Shown here piece after piece: positions 50,986 through 59,582 of a DNA stretch of 64,000 nucleotides (positions are counted from its first letter, which is position 1; every line of letters starts with the position of its first letter). Source of the DNA: an uncultured bacterium (GTDB lineage Bacteria; Chloroflexota; UBA5177; JANWHV01); assembly GCA_963827235.1 (NCBI GenBank), contig CAWHAE010000012.1:1440001-1504000 (forward strand). The letters run 5' to 3'. A program made the translations under genes and the position numbers. The notes beneath the pieces were generated by a model that was not told where the DNA came from, made no database searches, and saw only the letters and a program-made list of their open reading frames with translations.

Positions 50986-51891
50986 TCAACTCATGGGGAC
51001 GGTCACAGCGTTTGAGAGCAGTCCAGGCTCCCACAGCAGAGTGAACCGACTCTCATTCTGAGGCACTTCGAAGGCTACGTCACCTGCAACGGTCTGGCCC
51101 GGCGGTAGTGAACCCGAGTTGAGCTCAGTGTTGATGATGTTGGAGTCCGAAGCATCCCCGTCGTGCCGGATGTTGTCGCCCGCATCCTGCAGGTAGAAAT
51201 AGAGTTCGTTGTACTCATAGGCCTGACTGCCGCTGTTCGTTATGGCAATGCGCACCACGACGTATTGATCACCGGGGGATGGTGCCCACTCGCCATTGCT
51301 GTCGACGTGCAGATTGCTTGCGCTGACACTGATGCCTGGCGCGTCTGGACTTGTGCCCGGAGCTTGGGGTGGGTTCGTCGCGGATGGGGTAGGCGGCGCC
51401 GGTGTGCTGGACGGCGTTGGTGAGCTAGTCGGAGGTATCTGGGCCTTCGCCGGCGTGCTGACAAGCGTTGCCGTCGCGGACCCTCTGCTACCGAGCTTGA
51501 CCACTACAACGTGGTAGTTGCCTGTGAACTGCGTGATGTCGAGGTAGCAACCCGTCGTGCAGTCTTCGTGGACCACCGAACTTCCTGATCCTGCAGCGGA
51601 ACTCGAAGCGAGTTCTACAGGTAGCTCGCTGTCAGGACGGTACACTATGATCTCTATGGGCGCGCTGCCGTTCCAGTAGATGGTAAACGGATTCGACGCC
51701 TCGAAAGTGCTGGTGTCTTTGACGCCACTCCCTGCAACATTCATGATCACTTTGCCTGCGGGTTGCGTTGTCACGGCGGGGCATGCGTAGTTACTTCCAA
51801 CGGCCACTGCACTGACTACCTGGCTGCCCAAGAGCAGACCAGCTACGAGACCGGCCACGAACGTGGGAGCTCTTCGTCCTGGCATGGTCAT
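50986..51891 (-). CDS. Secreted DUF4352-like Ig-fold protein with Pro/Thr linker
   Basis: Signal peptide; YVVVRIAITN.G...Y.YN...F.LQD...L.SGSL.PGQTV.GDVAFEVP. Confidence 0.8.
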   Translation of the reverse strand: MTMPGRRAPTFVAGLVAGLLLGSQVVSAVAVGSNYACPAVTTQPAGKVIMNVAGSGVKDTSTFEASNPFTIYWNGSAPIEIIVYRPDSELPVELASSSAAGSGSSVVHEDCTTGCYLDITQFTGNYHVVVVKLGSRGSATATLVSTPAKAQIPPTSSPTPSSTPAPPTPSATNPPQAPGTSPDAPGISVSASNLHVDSNGEWAPSPGDQYVVVRIAITNSGSQAYEYNELYFYLQDAGDNIRHDGDASDSNIINTELNSGSLPPGQTVAGDVAFEVPQNESRFTLLWEPGLLSNAVTVPMS

Positions 51892-51933
51892 CCCCCTTTG
51901 CCGACCTGACCTCGGCCTAATGCAGGCCCTGCC

Positions 51934-52353
51934 TCACGGGCGTTGGGTCTTCCGGCCACACTCGGCGCGCCGATATGCTCCATGGATGATGAATCCGATC
52001 AGAGGTGCGCTTCGGCGTGTTGCCTCGACGACGATTGCCCGGCAGTTCGGGCAATACTGTGCGTCCTTGATAGCGCTCTTCCCGACAATGACCTTCGGGC
52101 TACCCTGGGATTGTATTCCAGCCGGCTGTTGATGCTTTCGGCGTGGCTGTCGAGGTTGCTGCCGAGGTGGATTATTCGTCGTCGTTTGGTTACTGACACC
52201 GGTTCCGGGAATACCGACCGTCGTTCGTCTTCCCTTGCTATTGACGGTGTACTGCATGCCCTTGCGACCGACCGTCACACCAACGCTCTTCTTGTTGAGA
52301 TTGAGCCGGATCCCGGGTGCAATGCGGAAACTCTTGCGGAAGCGAAACCCCAT
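51934..52353 (-). CDS. DUF4236-domain protein with C-terminal Zn-ribbon-like motif
   Basis: MGFRFRKSFRIAPGIRLNLNK...RTTVGIPGTGVS; CPNC...AECG; GAGGTG RBS. Confidence 0.8.
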   Translation of the reverse strand: MGFRFRKSFRIAPGIRLNLNKKSVGVTVGRKGMQYTVNSKGRRTTVGIPGTGVSNQTTTNNPPRQQPRQPRRKHQQPAGIQSQGSPKVIVGKSAIKDAQYCPNCRAIVVEATRRSAPLIGFIIHGAYRRAECGRKTQRP

Positions 52354-52677
52354 GTCTGCACCTCGCCTTACGCGCCTGGTGGACGTGGATGCGCGCTATC
52401 ATCCGCACACGTCACGCGGTTTGACGGGAACAAGTGGTCTGTGGCCATCGTAGCACCAGGAGCAGGGCCCTGGTAGGCCCGCTAGAGGTGTTGAAGCGAG
52501 CTCCTTGATGAGGAAGACATGCGCGGTAGCACCGCGACTTCTGGGCCATCCTGTCCAGTCGGGAGGAAAGCAGTGCGCGTTATCACAAGGTTTTGCGCAG
52601 ATTCCGCTCTGGTTGGAAACGTTCCATGGCATGGCGCTGAAGCCGGGCGAGTCGACGACGGGGCGGGGCACGAGGCC

Positions 52678-52801
52678 CGCGGTTGCGATCGCATGGCAGC
52701 AGAGGGGGGACCGCGGTCCCGGGTGGGGCGGGGGACGGTAGCCTCCAGCTGCGGCAGCCTGCGGTTGCGATCGCATGGCAGCAGCGGGGGACTGCGGTCC
52801 C
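52678..52801. repeat. Two copies of the REP-like double-hairpin unit
   Basis: GCGGTTGCGATCGCATGGCAGCAG.GGGGGAC(C/T)GCGGTCCC at 52678 and 52759. Confidence 0.85.
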
Positions 52802-52889
52802 GGGTGGAGGGGCACGACGGTACGAATAGGCGGAAAACAAGCTCGGCCCAGGGGACGGGCGGGCTGAAGCCCACGCTTGGCGAGCCATG

Positions 52890-53064
52890 AGCCTCCCACG
52901 GGCTGAAGCCCGGGGCATCACGGGCATCGATATCGCCATGGATCGCCGGGCATCAGGAGCAGCGACGTGGCGCTGAAGCGAGGGGTAGTGGGAGCAGCGG
53001 CATCGCGGTGAAACGCGGGGCATCAGGAGCAGCGACACGGCGATGAATCCCGGGGCATCGTCGC
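52890..53064. repeat. Degenerate 35-bp tandem array (5 units) of TGAA-loop REP-like hairpins
   Basis: Units at 52890, 52925, 52960, 52995, 53030; consensus near CAGCGACACGGCGATGAATCGCGGGGCATCAGGAG. Confidence 0.75.
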
Positions 53065-53106
53065 GGGTGTAGGTCTCGTCGTGGCCTTACTCAATGTGCG
53101 AGGGGC

Positions 53107-53141
53107 GAGGGCGCGGGGGCTTTGCAAGGCCCCCGCGCCCT
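53107..53141 (-). terminator. Stem-loop downstream of the NAD-kinase-like gene
   Basis: GAGGGCGCGGGGGC-TTTGCAAG-GCCCCCGCGCCCTC. Confidence 0.65.
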
Positions 53142-53145
53142 CCAT

Positions 53146-54051
53146 TCACGCGACCAGCCGCAGGCGGCGGGAGGCCGCGCTGAGCGTTACCGTCTGGCCC
53201 CATGACAGGGTCAGGCAGTCTGCCTCGATGCCGTCGCCGAACGCGACCAGCGCGTCCGATTCGACGGTGACTGCCAGCTCGCCGGAGGCATCCAGAAGCC
53301 CTTCGGTCAGGCTGGTGCCGGTCGACGGCGAGGGCCAGGCCTCCCGCACGAACCATGCCAGCGTGGCGTCGACGGGCGAGGGCAGCGCCAGGCTGCTCCG
53401 GCGCTCTAGCCACAGCGAGCGGCACCAGCCGGTGGCACCGGTGCCGCTGGCCGCGATCAACCCGGACGACGCATGGCGCTCGCGGGGCCCTTCCGGCAGG
53501 CTGAGCGTGTAGCGCGACGTCTGGTGGCCGGCGTGGCCCACGTAGATCTCGTTGAGGGCCAGCAGCCGCTGGCCGTCGTCCGCCACGGCCTGCACCATGG
53601 TGCGCTCCTGCACGTGGGCGGCGACCTCGCGCGTCACGGCCAGACGCACCAGGTCGGCTGCCCTCGCGGGCGGGTGCGGAACGAGCACGCCGGGGTTGCG
53701 ACCCGGATCCGGGTTGATGCCGACCACCGGCTGCCCGTCGAGATACTTGGCCACGTTGGCCACCAATCCGTCCTGCCCCACGATCACGATGACGTCGTCC
53801 GGCGCGAAGAGGAAGCGAGACACGTCGGCACGCTCGACCATGCCCCGGCGCCAGTCCACCGGGATGGCGCCGGCCACCGCCGCCAGGGCCTGCTCCTGGG
53901 CGCGGTGCCGCTCTTCCACCTCCTCGATGTGTCGCCCACGCGTGGACAGGAAGAAGGCTGCCTGCCCCCGCGTGCCGTGCCGGGCAAGGAGATCCTCCAG
54001 CTCGGTGTGCCGGTGTACCAGTACCACGCGCGGTGCCAGGGCCATGGTCAC
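53146..54051 (-). CDS. Divergent NAD(+) kinase-like protein
   Basis: [42 protein letters not shown]; coupled to the SPFH stop. Confidence 0.85.
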   Translation of the reverse strand: MTMALAPRVVLVHRHTELEDLLARHGTRGQAAFFLSTRGRHIEEVEERHRAQEQALAAVAGAIPVDWRRGMVERADVSRFLFAPDDVIVIVGQDGLVANVAKYLDGQPVVGINPDPGRNPGVLVPHPPARAADLVRLAVTREVAAHVQERTMVQAVADDGQRLLALNEIYVGHAGHQTSRYTLSLPEGPRERHASSGLIAASGTGATGWCRSLWLERRSSLALPSPVDATLAWFVREAWPSPSTGTSLTEGLLDASGELAVTVESDALVAFGDGIEADCLTLSWGQTVTLSAASRRLRLVA

Positions 54052-55083
54052 TTCCTCCTCGGGGCCTGGCCCTCCGTGGGCTGGGCAGCGGGCACGGCGA
54101 GCCGGCTCAGCACGGGTGCCAGCAGATCGGGCGTGAGCACCAGGCTGTGGATCTGGGGCAGGTTCGCGGCCAGGTCCTTGAGGGCCAGACCGATGATCAC
54201 GCCGTCGGCGAGATCCCGGTAGGCGGCGACATGCGCTGCTTCGGCGGCCGCCTTGGCCTCGCCGAGGGCGCGGGTGCCCTCAGCCCGCACCGCCGAGAGT
54301 CTCAGCTCCTTGGCTGCCTGCGCCTCAGTCTCCACGGCGCCTGCCGCCGCGGCCTCTTCGGCTTGCCGACGCGCGTTGGCGCCGCGCTGTGCGACGAGCT
54401 GCTCTTCGCGCCGGGCAAGCTCGATCTGGCTCTGCAGCTCGTTCTCGCTGATCGTCCGCTCGCGCTCCACCGCCAGGGCGCGCCGCTCGTAGGTGGCGCG
54501 GTCGGCTTCCTGCTGCACCTGCTCGCGCGTCGGGGTCTGCAGCGCTTTCTCCATCTCCGGTGCCGGCCGGATGGCCACCACGCGCACGCCGATCACCTCG
54601 ATGCCCGTCTCGGCCAGTCGCGGATCGCCCGTGAGGCCGGTTGCCATCTGATCGCGCACCACGCCGACCCCGCCGGCCAGCGCGCCGGCCAGCGGACGAG
54701 CGGGCGAGCAGGTCGAGCGCGTGCTGCTGCGCCGACTCGGCGAGCAGCCCGGCGAGCTGTTCCAGCGGCGTGCCGCGCCAGCGCCCGGATTCCGGGTTGA
54801 CGGAGAAGTCGACCCGGCCGGCGGCCAGGACCGGATCGGCGAGGCGGAAGGTGACGGTCGCCTGCACCGTCACGTCCTGGAAGTCCGACGTGCGCGCGTG
54901 AAAGAGCAGCGGCAGCTCGCGGTCGTCCACGGGCACTTCGGAGAGCACCGCGCTCAGCGGGCGGAACCAGAACGACTGCCCGGTTCCCGAGTGGGCGAGC
55001 CTCCCGTGGCTCAGGTGCTGCACGTAGATGGTGGGAGCACCACGGTAGTGGTGCAACAGGGGGTATCTGGTGATGTCGGCCAT
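54048..55083 (-). CDS. SPFH/band-7 domain protein, frameshift near 54697
   Basis: G.G.SFWF.PL...[23 protein letters not shown]; second frame [25 protein letters not shown] coiled coil; AAGGA RBS. Confidence 0.88.
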
Positions 55084-55101
55084 GGTCGTACCGTCCTTGC
55101 T

Positions 55102-55323
55102 TCAGCTCTGGTCCGGAGTGCCGGACTCCGGCGATTCAACAGGCTCGTAGGTGGCGGCGAAGATGCCGGGCTTGCAGGCGTATTGCTCGCCGGCCACGCC
55201 GGTGATGACGTAGTCGCCCGGATCGGCGCGCATCAGGCCTTCGAGCGTCTGGATGTACATGGTCTCGGTCGTCTGATAGGCGGATATGACTACGGGCTTC
55301 TTGCGATAGAGTCTCGGCGTCAT
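55102..55323 (-). CDS. Small PGDYG-like domain protein (73 aa)
   Basis: YRKKPVVI.A.Q...I.TLEG.M.A.PGDYVI.GV.GE.Y.CKP.IF..TYE; CAGGAGG RBS. Confidence 0.85.
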   Translation of the reverse strand: MTPRLYRKKPVVISAYQTTETMYIQTLEGLMRADPGDYVITGVAGEQYACKPGIFAATYEPVESPESGTPDQS

Positions 55324-55345
55324 CGTGGACCCTCCTGCGATCTAG

Positions 55346-55399
55346 ATATCGTCATACTGACGATAACATGCACGGCACTTCTCGTCAACTGGACGATTA
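55346..55399. promoter_or_regulatory. Two NrtR-type operators (GT-N7-AC palindromes)
   Basis: TATCGTCA-TAC-TGACGATA (55347..55365) and TCGTC-AACTG-GACGA (55382..55396), centres 33 bp apart, in the divergent gap. Confidence 0.8.
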
Positions 55400-55425
55400 G
55401 GGGAGGGCAGGCGTATGCTGGAGGC

Positions 55426-56136
55426 ATGCAAGACTACGATCCGCGCCGCTACCCGGCGGTCGCCGTAACGGTCGACCTGGTGGTGCTGACGATTCGGGAC
55501 AACGGGCTCGCCGCGCTCACGATCTGCCGGGGCGGGGAGCCGTTCAAGGGCCGCTGGGCGCTGCCGGGCGGGTTCGTGCAGCCGGCGGAGGACCTCGCAA
55601 CGGCGGCGCAGCGAGAGCTGATGGAGGAGACCGGGCTGCCCGCGGCGGCGGTGCATCTCGAGCAGCTCGCCTCGTACGGCGATCCCGGGCGCGATCCGCG
55701 CATGCGCATCGTGACCGTTGCCTACCTTGCTTTGGCCCCGGACCTGCCGGGGCCGGCGGCCGGGTCAGACGCGGCGGACGCGCGCTGGTCCGAGGTCAGC
55801 GGCTTGCTGGCCGATCCGGCGCGGCTGGCGTTCGATCATCACAGCATCCTGGCGGACGGCGTGGAGCGCGCGCGGGCCAAGCTGGAGTACACGCCCCTGG
55901 CCACCGCCTTCTGCGCGGCCGAGTTCACAGTCGCGGAGCTGCGCCGCGTCTACGAGGTCGTGTGGGGTGCCGCGCTCGACCCGCGCAACTTCCACCGCAA
56001 GGTCACGGGAGCGCGGGGCTTTCTGGAGGCCACCGGCCGCACCACCGTGCGAGACGGTGGGCGGCCGGCACGGCTCTACCGGCGTGGCGCGGCCACCCTG
56101 CTCTACCCACCCATGCTGCGCGCCGAGAGCCAGTGA
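55426..56136 (+). CDS. nrtR: NrtR-family Nudix/wHTH transcriptional regulator
   Basis: VTVDLVV, WALPGGFV..AEDL..AAQRELMEETG (Nudix box), EQL.SYG.PGRDPR, LAFDH..I, FT..EL..VYE, D.RNF.RK, GGRPARLY; GGAGG RBS. Confidence 0.9.
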   Translation: MQDYDPRRYPAVAVTVDLVVLTIRDNGLAALTICRGGEPFKGRWALPGGFVQPAEDLATAAQRELMEETGLPAAAVHLEQLASYGDPGRDPRMRIVTVAYLALAPDLPGPAAGSDAADARWSEVSGLLADPARLAFDHHSILADGVERARAKLEYTPLATAFCAAEFTVAELRRVYEVVWGAALDPRNFHRKVTGARGFLEATGRTTVRDGGRPARLYRRGAATLLYPPMLRAESQ

Positions 56137-56148
56137 CGCGGTCCGGCG

Positions 56149-57360
56149 CTAGGCCAGCGCCTCGCCCTCCGTGCGATCGCCGTCGCGCCGATCCGCCTGG
56201 GCCCGGCCCCTGCCCGCCTCCAGCGGCGCCGGTTGGCGGCCGGTGGTGCGCTCGGGCAGCGCCTGCCAGCCGGCATGCTGCGGTTCCGGCGACTGGGCGG
56301 CCGCGCCCACGCGCATGAAGGCGTCTACCTTTGCCCAGATGGTGTGCACGGCTTCGGGCACGTGCAGCACGTCGCACTCGGTGCCCAGGATGAACGGCCG
56401 CCCCAGGGCCCGCATGTGCTGGACCAGGTCCCGGGCCGCCGCGCGCACCTGCTCGACCGTGATGGCGGCGTCGGAGGAGAACTGCTTGGAAGGCAGGTTG
56501 CCGTAGAGCACGGTGCCGGAGGGAACGAGCGGCGCCACCTCCCAGAGCGGCCGCGAGCTGCCCAGGCTGAGCACGGCAGGCTGCAGCGAGCAGAAGCTCC
56601 GGATCATGGCGTCCGTCAGCTCGCCGCAGTTGTGGAACCACAGGGTCGCCTCATATTCTCGCAGCACACCGGCATAGCGGCGCAGGTTGGCCATCACCAG
56701 GCGATCGAAGACGTCCGATCCGCGCGCCATCTGCTTGGGCGAGACATAGACCCGGTTGGCGGCCGGCTCGGCGACGAAAGCCATGGCTGCCCCGGCGGCG
56801 AGCTGGGCGCGCAGCGAGGTCTCCACGGCCAGCATGGCAAGCTCCATACAGCGCTCCAGGCGGCAGACGCCTTCGTCCTCTTCCGCGGTCAGCCCGGCGC
56901 CGGCCTGGTAGATGAGCGAGATAGGGTCGTCCAGCAGCTTGGTCAGCAGGGAGAAGGGCCCAATGGTCATGGCACAGGGCACCAGATCGGGCTCATCCGC
57001 GGCGACGGCGGCAATGGCCTCCACCTGGGCCTGCAGCCGGGCGGGCAGCGGATCGTGCAGGTGCTGCCGGATATCCGCCATCTGCGCCTCGGTGGGCGGC
57101 TGGGTGAAGTGGAAGGTTGCCGCCTGCTCCGGCGTGAGGCCCAAGCCGCGCAGCAGGAAAGCCTTCTCCAGCTGAAGGTCCATCAGCGGGATGGCAAAGG
57201 GGGTGTGGAAGCGGTGCGCGGCCCTGGCCAGCAGCCTGCCGAGCGCGGCGCCGTCGAGCACGACGGCGGCCGGGTCCGGCTCCATGTGCAGCACCAGGTC
57301 CATGCCGACGGGCATGCACAATCCGCCCGCGGCAAGGCGCTGAATGTACTCTCGGTCCAT
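56149..57360 (-). CDS. Uroporphyrinogen decarboxylase/MtaA-CmuA (MT2) methyltransferase-family protein
   Basis: MDL.LE, IGPFSL, AEPAA, FHNCG, LYGNLP, FILGTECD (His/Cys/Cys pattern). Confidence 0.8.
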   Translation of the reverse strand: MDREYIQRLAAGGLCMPVGMDLVLHMEPDPAAVVLDGAALGRLLARAAHRFHTPFAIPLMDLQLEKAFLLRGLGLTPEQAATFHFTQPPTEAQMADIRQHLHDPLPARLQAQVEAIAAVAADEPDLVPCAMTIGPFSLLTKLLDDPISLIYQAGAGLTAEEDEGVCRLERCMELAMLAVETSLRAQLAAGAAMAFVAEPAANRVYVSPKQMARGSDVFDRLVMANLRRYAGVLREYEATLWFHNCGELTDAMIRSFCSLQPAVLSLGSSRPLWEVAPLVPSGTVLYGNLPSKQFSSDAAITVEQVRAAARDLVQHMRALGRPFILGTECDVLHVPEAVHTIWAKVDAFMRVGAAAQSPEPQHAGWQALPERTTGRQPAPLEAGRGRAQADRRDGDRTEGEALA

Positions 57361-57597
57361 CAATCTTCCTGTCCACAACACTATGCACGCAGGGCGTGCT
57401 CAATCGGTTGGGTGATGCGCAGGGCAGCGGGCACCGACGGCGCGCCGGCCGGCAAAGGCCGTACCGGTCCACGCGGACCCTGGCTTGGTCCGCCGACTAT
57501 CTTCTATCCTTATTACTTGCCGCGACAGGGCGACATGCTCTCGACCGGAGCGGCCGAGCATGGCTCGCGTATTGTCCCGGCGGGGGCAGGGCGCCGG

Positions 57598-58231
57598 TCA
57601 GGCGACGAGCACCTCGCGCAGCACGCGCACGGCGCTGGAGGCATCCGAGGCGTAGCCGTCGGCGCCAATCTCGTCGGCATAGGCCTTGGTGATTGGCGCT
57701 CCGCCGATCGATGATCTTGGCCTGGTCGCGCAATCCCGCTGCCTTGATGGCTTCGATGATGCTCCGCATGTTGGTCATGGTCGTGGTAAGCAGGGCCGAC
57801 ATGGCCACCACGTTCGCCCCGTCGCGAATGGCTTGCAGGAACTTCTCGGGGGGCACGTCCACGCCCAGGTCCACGATCTCGAAGCCGGAGCCTTCCAGCA
57901 TCATGGCCACCAGGTTCTTGCCGATGTCGTGCAGGTCTCCCTGCACCGTGCCGATGGCCACCTTGCCGCTGGACTCCACGCCCTGCTCCACCAGGTGGGG
58001 CTTGAGCACGGCCAGTGCGGCGCTCATGGCCCGCGCCGAGACCAGCATCTCCGGCACGAACACTTCGCCCTCTTCATAGAGCTGGCCCACGTGGCGCATG
58101 GCAGCGATCAATCCCTCTTGCAGCAGGGTGCCGGCGGGAATGCCTTGCTCCAGGCCCAGCGTCACCTTGGCTACCGCAGGCTTGGCCTGCCCTTCGATCA
58201 CGGCCTCGCGAAGCTCTTCTACTACCGTCAT
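57598..58231 (-). CDS. Corrinoid (B12-binding) protein, MtbC/MtaC-like, frameshift near 57708
   Basis: M..VG.LYE.GE.FVPEML, GTVQGDLHDIGKNLV, DLGVDVP, SALLTTT; second frame IGGAPITKAYADEIGADGYASDA*. Confidence 0.9.
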
Positions 58232-58513
58232 GACGATCCGACTCCAATCTCGACTTCAGACCACGCAAAACGCGAGTGGGATGCGCGCGCATCAGCCCCA
58301 GCGAATGCACGGCCCCACGCGACCGGCACCCTGTCCGATGCCCGGGCCGCCCGGCTTGCGTTCACGCCGGCCCCCCAGCAAACTCATCTGCCGGCGTGGT
58401 GTCTACTTGGTCAAGCGCATGGCGCCCCGTCGTTCGGTTCATTCGAACCCACGGTAGCCCAACAATTGAGGAGGATCTTCTGGTATTTCGGTCCAAGAGT
58501 CCGGTATCGTAAG

Positions 58514-59413
58514 GTGGTGAGCCGATCGCCTTTGGTACCCGATCAACTGTCGACATTCGGCCTGAGCGCCTGGCATGGCCGGCCTCGGCCGATGGAGCGC
58601 GGCCATCGCCACAACGAGGTGGAGCTGAACTTCGCCGTCGGCGGCTCGACGACGTACCTGTTCGGGGGACGCCAGGTATGCGTTCCTGCCGGCGTGCTGG
58701 CGGTATTCTGGGCGGCCTTCCCACATCGCATCGTGGCTGCCGATGCAGACACGGAGCTATGGTGGCTGACCATTCCCCTGGCCACGGTACTGGCCTGGCA
58801 GCTGCCGAGGCGTTTTGCGGTCAAGATGCTGCGCGGTCTGCCGATCACCGACCCGACGATGGACGAGCACGGCATCGATCGCGGTCTCATGCGGCAATGG
58901 CACGAGGATCTCCGGCACCCGCTGCCCGAGCATCATCACATCGTGGTGCTCGAGGTGGAGGCACGGCTGCGCCGCCTGTGTCTCTGCCTGGATGCGGAGA
59001 GCGCGGCATCGGCGCGGGGTGCCGTGCCGCGCGGCGAGACCGTCACCGGCGCCGAGGCCATGGCGCTCTACATTGCCGGCCACTTCCACCAGCCGGTGCG
59101 CGTAGCCGACCTGGCGGCGGCGGCCGGCATGCAGCCGAACTACGCCATGGAGCTGTTCCGGCGCACGTTCGGCGTGAGCATGATCACCTACCTGACGCAG
59201 TTCCGCCTCGCCGACGCCCAGCGGCTGCTTGCCACGACCGACGCCACCGCCACCGAGATTGCCATGGCCGTGGGATTCGGCTCGACCAGCCGCTTCTACG
59301 AGGCGTTCAAAACCGAGTGCGGCCAGTCGCCGCTCTCCTATCGCAAGGCGGTCCAGCGCGGCTCGACTGCCGTGACGTGGATGCCGCTTGGCGCTGCACC
59401 TGCGGCGCGCTAG
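58514..59413 (+). CDS. melR: AraC-family regulator, MelR-like
   Basis: H.HNEVELN, FWAAFPH, M.PNYAM.LF, R...A..LL, GF.S.SRFY..F; directly upstream of a GH4 gene. Confidence 0.82.
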   Translation: MVSRSPLVPDQLSTFGLSAWHGRPRPMERGHRHNEVELNFAVGGSTTYLFGGRQVCVPAGVLAVFWAAFPHRIVAADADTELWWLTIPLATVLAWQLPRRFAVKMLRGLPITDPTMDEHGIDRGLMRQWHEDLRHPLPEHHHIVVLEVEARLRRLCLCLDAESAASARGAVPRGETVTGAEAMALYIAGHFHQPVRVADLAAAAGMQPNYAMELFRRTFGVSMITYLTQFRLADAQRLLATTDATATEIAMAVGFGSTSRFYEAFKTECGQSPLSYRKAVQRGSTAVTWMPLGAAPAAR

Positions 59414-59582
59414 CCGCCAGTGCCGCGTTGGGCTGCCCGGCCGCCGAACCCGGTGCCAGCCAATGCCGCGTACCAGGTCGGGCGCGCTCGTGGCGGGATC
59501 TTCGCGCCAGGTGACTGGATAAGATATATAGGGTGTGCGGGACCCCGGTACGGCCTTGCAGTAGTGTTTGAAAGAGGACATC

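Noticed and set aside
42893-53064. CRISPR array interpretation of the 72-, 81- and 35-bp repeats
   Set aside because: Units are tandem with no unique spacers, and no cas genes are present
54660-54720. Programmed ribosomal frameshifting in SPFH (or the other split genes)
   Set aside because: No slippery heptamer at the junctions, and these families are normally continuous ORFs
38304-55323. Prophage suggested by excisionase-like HTH, DUF4236 and PGDYG genes
   Set aside because: Genes are scattered among host genes; no integrase, terminase or structural genes
54721-58513. Long N-terminal extensions of NrtR (from 54721) and the AraC regulator (from 57686)
   Set aside because: They are antisense to SPFH/PGDYG and the corrinoid gene; real starts fit 55426 and about 58514
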